DNA from: Candidatus Moraniibacteriota bacterium
GTDB lineage: Bacteria > Patescibacteriota > Minisyncoccia > Moranbacterales > JAPLXC01
Length of the DNA stretch: 64,000 bases
Assembly: GCA_026396275.1 (NCBI GenBank)
Contig: JAPLXC010000002.1
Coordinates: 74,922 to 138,921 of the forward strand
Direction of reading: 5' to 3'
In this document: one piece after another, positions 36,742-48,700 of the stretch
Layout of the letters: every line of letters starts with the position of its first letter
Numbering within the stretch: the stretch's first letter is position 1
Program-made: the position numbers and the translations under genes
Notes under the pieces: generated by a model
The model's input: the letters and a program-made list of their open reading frames with translations, nothing else
The model's database searches: none
What the model was told of the DNA's origin: nothing

Positions 36742-39700
36742 ATGCTCAAGGAAAAATGCGAAAAAATTTACGGTAAAATAAAAAATTGGGCGATCATTGT
36801 CCGCGATTCTAGCCGGCGCCACTTCCCGCTGGTTTTGGCGATTATTTTTTTGACTCCGGCTTTTATTCTACTTTTTCTTTTTGTTAATTCGCAACTACAT
36901 AAGCAGTCTTCTTACGCGGCCACTTTTACTGGAAAAGTCAAAGTTTCCAAGCAGACAACGACTTTGTCAACCAGCGGGGACTGGTATACTTCCATGGCTC
37001 ATTCCGGCGACGGAGTCAACGGTGACGCGGAATCGGGCACTTTCAATCCAATTCATCCGGGCCAGGGAGCGGGAACCGAGCCGGGAGCTGGCGGAATCGC
37101 TATGGGCCATGTGGCCATGGGAGCAACAACCACTTACGCGGCCGCCCAGTTCATCGGTTTTAAACCAAGCGCCACAGGAAACTTGGACGGGGTCCAGCTG
37201 GTTTTTGAAAATTTGACTTCAACCAATCTTTCCAATGTGGACTTGGTGGTTGAATTTGTTCGTTTTCCCTCAGCGACGTATAGCGGGGGTTGGACCAATT
37301 ATGTGACCGGCACCCAAGGCGCTTATACATATCCTTCCGACACGCAAGTTTTGCGCCGGACGGTCTGGCAGTTCAATCAGGAGCTTTCCGGGGAAAACGC
37401 GGCGCCGGGTCAGTTCGGGCGGGCAACTTTTGACTTTCGCTTTGATCCACCGGTAGCAGTAACAACCGGCGGAGGGGCCGGCGATCATTACGGCATCCGG
37501 ATTATCAACATGGGCGCCAGCACTCCGGTTTTTGGCACTTGGGCGCAAGCGCCTCAGTCCAACGGCTTCCCTTCAATCAACGGCACGATCCGGACAATCG
37601 GCTTCAATGATCTTGATACAACTAACGCCCCAACCGTTACTATGCCAGTGGTTTTGGGAGGAAATACGGTTTTGACAACCGGCGCGATGGTGGCGGCTAA
37701 TTCGGTTCCGGGAATCGGATTGCCGACAGTGCGCAGAACGGAAAACGAACACTGGACAGCCACTTATTCTTCAGCCAATGGAAATTGGACAGTTGCTGGA
37801 TCGGTTTCCGGAACACAAACCAATAAATTAACTACATCCACTAATGGCGGAACCGGCGCCAGCTGGCTCAATGACAGCGCTGTCTATACCACTCTGACCT
37901 CGGACATTACCGGCACAACCAACAAACTTTGCGTGGATTCAATCACCGGTTTTGCGGCCAACCAATATATTGATGTTTGGGACAGCGATACGGCTTCGGC
38001 TCAATTTACTATTCTTTCAGTAAATTCTTCAGACGGCAGTTGTCCGTTAAGCGGACCGTCCATTACTACAACCGCCAACCTGACTAACACCAATAACTAC
38101 ACCCAATCCAAAAACGCCACCGTAGCCAGAACCACCTGGAAGCAAAGAATTATTCAGGGAGCAATCCAGGTCTTTACCCAGGATATGCCCTCAACCACTA
38201 AAATCTGCGTGGCCGATTCAAGCAGATTCAGCGCGCCGACAGCCGGAACAGCCAATAACATCGTGGTTTGGGACAATAACACAACAACAATCAACACCAA
38301 CCGCGTCGTATCCACTTCGCAGGCGGATGGAAGCTGTACCAGCAATAACAGCATTACAATATCAACAGCGATTACTGCCGGAACTTATACTACCGCTCAA
38401 AGCGCTTATGTGGCGGAATATTCGGCTCATCTTTCCAATTCGGCCGCACCGTCCAATGGAGCGGTTTTACGCTGGACGACTTTTAATCATCCGCAAAATC
38501 CAACCAATTCAACTTTGCTGGCGCGGACTACTTCAGTTAATTTGGCTTACGCTAAATCACAGTCGCCGGCCACTTCCAGCACCAACTATCCTTATCTATC
38601 CAACCGCCATATTTTCTTTGTGGCTTATGGCGACGCGGACACGACCGCGCCGGCTGACGGTGATATTGTTATCGTCGGCAACGGCAAATCCGATCCTGAT
38701 TCCGGCGATTCATCCAATTTGACCAGCGACATCAACTGGGCGACCAAGGAATCGCATGTGGTGACGATTGACCGCAGTTGGGACGCGCCGATGGCATATA
38801 GCGGAACCAACGCAGCGGCGGTGGGCGACGGCGCCGGTTCTCGTGCCAACTTTGCCGCCTGGAGCCAGAACGGCGGCTGGGTATCAGCGCTGGTTACTCC
38901 CAGTTCGCAATTGGGGATAGACAACAGCACCAACAAGCATTACCGGATTACCATTCCCGGAAAAATTGTGGTTGACTCGGACGCATCGGTGGCGCTTGGG
39001 AAATCCGGAGCAGCCATTCCGGAAAGTTCTGGCCACGACATATATTTTGACACGGTGAGTCCCGCGGCTTCAACGCTTTTGACTGTTGACTCGGCGGCTA
39101 CTACGACTTTGACCGTAGCTTCCACCACTAATTTTATGCCCGGAGACACGATTGTCTTGGACGATAACAATTCCGTTCCGATAACGAGAATTATCGCGGC
39201 GGTTGAAAATTCTACCACCATAACTTTAACCGCGGCGGCGGTAACCGGCTATACCGTGGCACAGAGCGCATTTATCGCCAAAGGTCCGACCACTGAACTG
39301 CCAACTGGTTCTGATAGAAGAGCCGGGATTTATACAATGACCGGCCTTAACGGAGCATCCACGCCGGCGCAAAGCAATACCCGTACCGGAAGAGTGGCGC
39401 TTTATGCCGACGGTTCGGAAGATTTCAGAACTTCCAAAAGTGATTTGGCAGTGGATGTTGACGGCAATATTGACACTGGATATTTAGGAAATAATTCAAC
39501 TGATGCCGGCAATACCTGGGTGGATGTGGAAGATGATGTAGTTGGCAACTGGCAGCCGCTGGATCAGGTGGCTGTTGCCGGAGGGACCAATCAGCTGGCG
39601 GACAATAATTATTCCTCAACTGAGTTGGGCGGGACGGATGACGCCAACCAGATGCCGGTTTGGACAGGAGCCACAACCAAGGTTGACGCCGGAGCCGGGG

Positions 39701-42700
39701 GCCGAAACGCTCTGCCGACGCCCAATATGGAAGTGGCCGAGATCGGCACGATTCCGATGACCAATATTTATAACAGCGATTATAACGGCGGATCGCCTTT
39801 GTATTCTTCCAATTACAACAATTCGTCCAGTTTGACGATTTTTAATGACGGCGCCAACACGGAAGTGAACGACGCGGTTTATTTTGGTGATCAGGGAAGT
39901 AATATGCCTTATGCTTTGGAATTCAATATTGGAACGGCCATGGTAGCCAGCGCCGATTATGTCTGGGAATACTATAAGTCCGGAGTCGGCTGGACGGAAT
40001 TTACTCCCCGGGACGCATATCTTTATCAAACCAGGACCGGAGTGACGCTTCCTTTGTCAGTGGATACGGTTAATAATTCTCTTGCGATTACTCTGGCAGA
40101 AGGCGGAACAGTTTTTGGGCTGGATCAAATTGTGATGATTGACGACAACGATTCCGATCCGATTTACCGCCGATTGGGAACTTCCGCTCCGACAGCGACC
40201 ACTTTAACTTTTTCTGAACCGGTTCCTTCCGGATATACAGTAGCGCAGGGAGCGACAGTTACGCGTTTGAACGGCGGCCAATGGCAGTCAATGGACCCGA
40301 CTGGAATTTTTACCAGTGGCACCGGCAGAAGGATTATTTCCTGGACACCTACGAACCTAAATGGTACTCCCGCCAAGACAACGGTAAACGGTGTTAGCGC
40401 CTATTGGGTGCGAGCTAGAATTTCCTCTTTTACTTCCTGGACCACTTCGCCAACCAATCAGACAACTCCGGTGGGAATGGGAGGAATAGAAAGAATGTCT
40501 TCAGGCGTGTTTAATGTTTCTTCAGGCGTTCAAGAAGCCAAAGTTTCCGAAGTGACGGCCGGGAGCAGTTTTGATCCCAATGAAACTTATATTTTAGAAT
40601 ACGGCAATTCTCCCAGCTGGACGCAAGTTCTGCCGATTGTGCCTTCGGCGCCGTATACCTGGCATATAAACAGTACCGGCATGTTAAGCCAAAATACGGC
40701 GACGGCTGATTTTCATACGGCTAACGGCGATTTGTCTTGGGGGAATTATACGGTGACAGCCAAAGTGCAGATGAGGACGGCCAATGACGCGACTTCCAGA
40801 AAAATCGGAGTGGTTTTGAGAAATTCGCTGGACGGCAATGGCTATGGAGCTTTAATTGAAAAAACCAGCTCCCAGCAAAGAGTCGGTCTTTATCCGATGG
40901 CTCTGGGCGCGGAAGGTACGGTTTTTGCCAACACTACCAAAGCCTTTTCGGAAAACAGCTGGTATTGGATCAAGGCTAATGTTACCGGCACTGGCGCTTC
41001 CACAGTCTTGAGCGCCAAGTTCTGGGCTGACGGATCAGGTGAACCGGGTAGCTGGGATGTGACTTACACGACCACGGCCGGACAAGGACTTTGGAATACC
41101 GGTAAAATTGGTCTTTTTGCCGACGCGATGATTGCCGATTTTGACGATGTTTCGGTGGACAACGGGTCGGTAGTTTTTTCTGATTCATTTACCAGCACCG
41201 GCACCTGGAAACTTAAAGGTTCTATTAATGGCGATTTGGGAACAATTACTCCCGGAACACCTTTTACCAGCAACTATATTAATTTCACTTTGAAGCATAA
41301 AGGCGGCTGGAATGGAACAATTAATCCGGAAATCGGAGATAAAATTTATATCAGTCCCACTTCAACCAGAAGCTACAAAGGTTTATCCGGAACAGGATCT
41401 TCGGCCATAACTACCAGCGACACGAACACGGTCTATGAAAATGTTGATTTTGAATGGAATCCGGGGAGTAGCAATTACACTGTGACTGGAAGTGCTACCG
41501 GCGCGATGGGAACGGCCACGCCCGGAAGCGCTTACACGGCCACTGGCGGAAAAATCGGTCTGACCATTCCCTCCGGATCTCCGACCGCCACTAAATTCGG
41601 AAACAGAATGCTTTTGCTTCAAGATAATCTGCGCAGAAACACCGGTTCGTGGGTTGGCAACAATGGTTTGGGAAGCGCGGCTTTGGTCTGGCCGTCTTAT
41701 ACCTTAACTTCCAGCGCCATCACGCCCCGCTACAATATTGAAGGTGTTAGCGGAACGGCCACGGCCCGGCAAAACGGCACGATTGATTTTTGGTTCAAGG
41801 CCAATTATTCCGGTTCGCCTTCTTCTGCCACTCATCCCAAGGGAATGTATCTGGTGGATTATGCCAACCAAGGAAATTCGGAACGTCTTTTTATTCGGCA
41901 TACAAACGATGGCTATCTGGAAGCGGCGGTATTTGGAGGAGCGACTCAAAACACATTGCTTCGGAAAAGTTTTTCCGCCACTGCCGGACAGTGGTATCAT
42001 TTCCGTTTGGCCTGGGATGAAACTTTAAATACCAAAAGAGCCTGGCTAGATGAAACAGCTTTCACCTCCGGCGAAGGGCAAGCTTCAACGGTGGGAACCA
42101 GAGGCGCTAATGCCGGAATTATAAGAATTGGAAATACTTGGACTTATGACGCGCCCTTTGATGGATCAATTGACGAGTTTGCTATTTTTGACGATGCGAT
42201 TGACACTTCCGACGCTTGCGATTGGGGAGTATCTGTGGGAATTCCAATTCCCAGCGCGGCCTGGACCAATGGCCAGACAGCCGGATGCGACGACGCGGAC
42301 AGCAACATCGGAACTAATATTTTCCGAGCCAGTTTTGATCAAACTATGAATCCGCAGGAAGGGTCAATTATGGCGGATTACGCTTTTGGCAATCCGGCCA
42401 TGATTTTCACCAACGGAGCTGATACCGGCAATGAAAGAATCAGAATAGTCACCTATCCGCAAAGAACGCGTGTTTGGGTGGACAATACCGGAGAAAAATA
42501 TACGCCTTCAGCCAGAATCAAATTCGGTTCCGGTTATGAAGAAAACGCGACTCTGGCCACGCTGGCCGGCTGGAGCCATAATTACACTTATCATCACAAG
42601 GCGGTCCGACAATCTTCTTCCAGCCCGACTTATTCGCCGGTTCTTAATCTTAAGCGCAATACTCACATCTGGTCGGTGGAACCAATAACGCAAAACGGGG

Positions 42701-45700
42701 CGACGATGGGCGCGCCGATCAATGCCGGTATGGGATATGGAATGGGAACAATCGGACTTTCAGGGTTGGGAACCATCAATTTTTCCGATGTTTCCATGGA
42801 AAACCAATATACCAATTTTGCGATTGTTACCAATCCCTTTACTTTTTTGGCGGCCAAGCCCGCACAAACGATTTCCAATTCAGTTTTCTATAATTTCTAC
42901 GACCGCGCCTACACCATTGCCAGTAAAACGCAGGGAACCAATTATGTGGGCGCTTATTTCGTCACCACTCATTTTGCCGCCGCCAACATCGGCAGTGGCT
43001 ATAACGCCAGTCTTTCCCAGAATGTCGGAATTGACGGCAGTATTTTTATGGGCAACCGTAACGCTTACGTGACTGTGCCGCCGGTGGCGGCTAACGGCGC
43101 GGCGTCTTTTTTCTCCGGCCGGCTGTATACGGTTCAAAACAGCGAATTTTATAACAACGGTGTCACCGGCGCCGGAACATCGGGCGCTTTGAACTTTTCT
43201 TCTGGCGTGGCGAAAGTGACGATTGCCGATAATATTTTTTCCATCAACACCAATGGCATCCGGCTTTACGGAAACTCGTTTTTTACCATGAATGACAATA
43301 TTTTTGAAGGCCATGTAGCGGATGATGTGACGACATTAGGCGCCAATTATGGCGCCGGCATCAGGGTAGCGCAAACCTCATCGTCAGTGGCGATCGTGGA
43401 TACGGACAGTATTTTCGGCCGGGGGCTTTGGAATGAGGCGGATGTCGGCTTGCCGCCCAACACCGGAACTTTTGAAGCTGAATCGCTCATCCAGTTTACC
43501 GGCGAGGGCAGCCAGTTGAGAAGTCCCATTTTGTTTGGAACGGCTGATTACGATAATATGCCGAGAGTCGCCGATCACTATCTGGGATCCACTATTCCGG
43601 GTACGGATATACGAGGAACCCATTCTACCAATGAAAAGAATATTATCAATGCCACCACTTTTGGCTATATGCGCACCACCGGAGCGGGCTTGCCGGATAC
43701 GCTTTTGCGCACCAGCGGGGGCTATGGCTGGCGGTTGGAACCGATCAATGCCGACATCGGATTGGACTATACAGCTAAGCTTGTAGGCGTGGCCGATAAG
43801 CCACTGGCGGCGACCGGCTATTTGAGAATCAATTCCAATTACGGCACGACTAATTTGCCGACTGTTACACTTTCCGGACTGGGAATGACTGGAGCCAATT
43901 TGACTTGGACAGCGGAGCCGACAGCGGACGAATGGCAGCAATTCGTGGTTTCCGGCACGCCGACAGAGTCAGCTTTAGCGGAACTCAAAATTTCCACCAA
44001 GCTGGATTATGTGGTATCCGATTCCGGCACGAGCGAAATTGTTTCCAATGCCACCGGGAATTATCTTCCGGCCTTGGTTGAAGATGTGGATAAATCCTGG
44101 ACGCCCAATCAATGGGTGGGATATAAATTCAAAGACGCCAACGGAAAAGTTTTTGATATCGTGAAAAATACCAGTCAGATTCTCTATCTCAAAGGCACGG
44201 TAGTTCCGCATCTATTAAGCACTACTTTCGCGGCCTTAACTCCGGGCGATTATGTCATTTATAACGAGCCGTATGTTTATCTGGATGATGTTTCGGTTTT
44301 GTCTGGAACAGTGGATACGGGAACTCTTGATTTTCATTCCAGTGGACAGCCGGTTTCTCCTTGGCTGGCGACCGGTCTTACGGCCGAAGGAGTTTGGAAC
44401 GCGCAGTTCAGCACTTTTTCCGACAGCGCCGGTTCTTTTGGTCAGCTTTTGGGTGACGCATTAGTAGCTCAGTACGCGGATGTTTCTGATCTTTCACCTA
44501 CAACAACCGAGTTCGATACCAGCTTAAGTTCTACGACCGATGATTTTTATCTAAACGGCGCGATTATTTTTACCGAAGGGCAAAATAAGGGAGCGGTCCG
44601 AAGAATTTCCGATTATACTGGTGCTTCAAAAACAATAACTGTTGACCCAGCCCTGTCTTTTGCTCCGGCTGATGAGGATCGATTTGCCATTTTGGCGGCG
44701 ACCGCTTCCAGCGGTGGAAGTGGAGGAGGAGCTACGGCGGCTGAAATTTGGAGCTATGCGATAAGAAGGCTTACCGACAGCACTTTGTCAGGCGGAGGAA
44801 CATTGGCAACACAGTCATATCTGGATACGATGAAGGCGGACATCATCGCTGAAATTGATGAAAATGAAGCTTTGATTAGCGGCCTTAACGACATATCGGC
44901 TGCCGATGTCTGGAGTTATGCTAATCGTTCCATCACCGATCCAGACGCGATTTGGGAATACGCTCTCACTTCCATCGGAGAAACCGGATCGGTTGGAAAA
45001 TTAATCAAGGACAATCTTGATGCCACTATCTCCAGCCGGGGAACCAGCGACTTGACGGCGGCCGATGTTTGGACGAACGCCACTCGAACTCTGACTGATT
45101 ATTCAACTGACGCTATTTCTCTGGCAGTTTGGCAAAATGCCACCAGAACATTAACTGCTTATGGAAACGATATAACCGCGGCGGATGTATGGAATGTTTT
45201 AAGTTCATCGCTTACCACAGTTGGAAGTATTGGCAAACAACTGGCGGAAAATGTGGATGTGGCAGTCTCTTCTCGAGCCTCCCAAGCTTCGCTGGACGCC
45301 TTAAATGATATTTCTGCTGCTGATGTCTGGAGCTATTCCAACCGAACGATTACTGATCCGGATAACATTTGGGAATACGCCCTCACTTCCATCGGAGAAA
45401 CCGGATCGGTTGGAAAATTAATCAAGGACAATCTTGATGCCACTATCTCCAGCCGGGGAACCAGCGACTTGACGGCGGCCGATGTTTGGCTGGCAACGGA
45501 AAGAACCTTAACTTCCAACGCTAATTTCAACGATCCGACCACAGCGCAAATTGCCACAGCCGTTTGGGGGGAAGCCAATAGAACTCTTACTAGTTACGGC
45601 AATGACATTACCGCTGCCGACGTTTGGAGCATATTAAGCTCATCACTAACTACAGTCGGTTCGATTGGCAAGCAGCTGGCGGAGAATGTAGATGTGGCGA

Positions 45701-48700
45701 CCTCCACGCGGGCTTCCCAATCTTCAGTAGATGCCCTAAATGATATTTCCGCGTCTGATGTATGGACTTACGCTACTAGAACTTTGACTGGTGAAGTGGC
45801 GCTTACTTCCGATTCCAGAAAAGCGATCTGGGACACGGCCTGTTCTATCCTCAATACTTCCGGTAGCGTGGGAAAACTGGTTTGCGACAATTTAGACGCA
45901 GCCGTTTCTTCCCGTTCGACGCTTACGGCCGCTGATGTCTGGAGCAGCGCTACTCGAACAATTACCAATTTGGAAAATCCGGCCCTTTCGGCGATTGCCA
46001 ACAGCGTTTGGAGCAATGCCACTCGCGAACTGACTGCCTATGGCAACGACATCACGGCGCAGGATGTTTGGGATGTTTTAACTTCCAGTATGACTACTAT
46101 TGATTCTATCGGAGAGCTCCTAATAACCAATGTGGATGAGGAAATTTCCTCCCGGTCATCCCAAAGCAGTCTGGATGATGTTTCAACCAATGTCAGTGAT
46201 ATTGAATCCAATGTGGATGTGCCGGTTTCAACCCGTTCTTCGCAGGCCAGTCTTGACACCCATGAATCGTCCGAATCAACTTTTAGAACCAATACAACCA
46301 ATACCCTATCCGACATTTCCAGCGATGTTGGCGATATTTACATTAATGTAGTGGCTATTCAGAGCGATCTCTCTTCCATTGATACGAAAATTGATACTCT
46401 AACAACCACTCTCAACTCCGTTGACGCGAAAATTGACACTCTTGACACTAATATTGACAGTATAAAAACAACCGTGGAAGACACCAATATTAAAGTCAGC
46501 GCCATCCAAACGGTGACTAACAGTATTCTTAATAAGTGGGGCAGTTATTCTGCCGCGGATATCATCGGCTATGTTGACGCGCTGGAAGATTATGTGGGAA
46601 CGCCGGATGACGAAGCCAGCGCAGAAACTCTTTTTGGAAGGATAAAGGAAGTAAAGGAAGCGACGGGAAGCGGCGGGACGATTGATTTAATTTACGCCCA
46701 AGTCCAGGCCACGCATAACAAGCTTCTGGACGTTGAGTTGGAATTGGGATATAACGGAAAAACCACCAGCGCCTATGACGATATCACGGCTGTTAAAAAT
46801 TATGTGGACACGGTGGAGAACAGTCTGGCGACTTTGGATTCAAGAACTTCCGATATTTCTTCTTCAGTGAGTGATATTTCATCCGATCTCAAAGACGTGA
46901 CTGACAAGATTGGAAAAGTCAGTTCAGATTCCTTTTCCCAGCATTTCGAGATCAAGAAAACAGATATTGATTATCTCAAAAATAAAGTGATTGAGCTTAA
47001 AGCTATCGCTGAAATAGACCGCCAGCTGATCGAAAGAACGATCAGCGAGCCGATAGTCAAAGTGATTATGGAATGGGGGTCGGTAGTGATTAAATTTATT
47101 ATTGTCAATCCTTCTGATTCAACTGATCAGAAAATTCCTTTCAAGGCCTATCTTCCCAAAGAAGTGCGTCAGGAATATATAATAGATCTGAGCGGGCTTT
47201 CCTTAAATTACGACGCGACTACAGAGCAATACTATGTTACCGCGGACATCGCACTTAAAGCTGGCGAGTCGGTAACGCGCGCGGTGGAAATAAAAGACAT
47301 CTGGATAATTAGCTATGACGAAATTGATTCCCTAAGAAAGCAAGCCGAAGAAATGGCAGTGGGATTGACCGATACTTTCTACAACGCGCAAGCCATAACC
47401 TTAAAGACTGATATTAATACCCGGCTGGATAAGGTTGCAAGAAAGCAAAAAGATAATAATGCCACTCCGCAAGACCATATCCTGGCTTATCGGGAAAATC
47501 AGGAGGAATTGAAAGCAATTAATGAAAATTTAAAAGGAATGAAGGATTTAGTTTTGAATTCCGGCACCGGGAAAAACTTCCTAGCCTCTATCGGGGGCAT
47601 TCAGACCTTTGCCACCTGGGGAATAGTCCTAATTTTAATTTTTGGCATGGGAGCTCTCGGGTTTTTCTACTACGCTCTCTGGAGGAAAAAAATCGTGTCC
47701 GATGGAAAGTCGGAAACCGGCGGGCTGCCAGCCGGCCAGAAAACGGATGATATGAATCCTGTCCAACCAGTAGTCACTCCTGGCGCTCCGAATCAAAATA
47801 TCGAGTTGCCGACACCTTCGCCGCTCGCTCTTCCGGGATTCAATTTTTCCTGGGCCAAAAAGATTGTTTTGGGGTTAGTTATCCTGTCCAAGGATATCTC
47901 GAGCCTTATATATAGCTTGTTCAAAAAAGTTGCGGCCAAGGTGGCTTCTCTTCCCAAGAAGGTCTTATTAGTCATAGGCATATTAGTCATCGTCACGGCT
48001 GGCACCCTGGCTTTCGTAAAATACCATGATTACCAGAAAGAAAAATCAGAAAAAGAAAAAGAGATTGTTTTAAGCGTTTCTCAAAGCCAGGTTCCGGATG
48101 AAGCGGATGAAAAGAAGAAAAAAGTCCTGGAATTAGTCGCTGAAATCGATAAAAAAGCCGGAGAAAAAGCGGAGATGAACAAAAAAATAGATGAGATAAT
48201 GAAAAAAGATGAGAATCCAGAGGATGCTTCGCAGGAGGAAAAAATAGAAAACAAATCCGAAGCTTCCAAATCCAGCCGGCTGACCGTAAAAGACACGCCT
48301 ACCGGCTGGCTGAATGTTCGTGAGAGCGCTTCAACCGGCGGGAATGTTATTGGCAAGGTTTATCCGAAAGAAAGTTATAATTATATCGAAAATCAAGATA
48401 ACTGGTATAGGATAGTTCTAAAAGATAAAAAAGAAGGCTGGGTTAACGGTGAATATGTTCAATTGGAAGAAACGGTTGGCGGCGCAACTACGGAAAATAA
48501 TTCAGGGGAGACTCCATCTGTCAAGGCAAAAGAAAATGAACTAACTATCAAAGATACGCCCACGGGCTGGCTGAATGTTAGAGAACAGCCCTCTGCTAGC
48601 GGCGCACTGGTAGCTAAAATTTATCCGGGAGAAAAGTATATTTATTTGGAATCCGAAAACGGCTGGTACAAAATAATTCTCAAAGATAAAAAAGAAGGCT

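Noticed and set aside
36881-48356. Many alternative-frame and antisense ORFs inside the giant gene and other long genes
   Set aside because: These are shadow ORFs expected from codon bias, with no recognisable domains.
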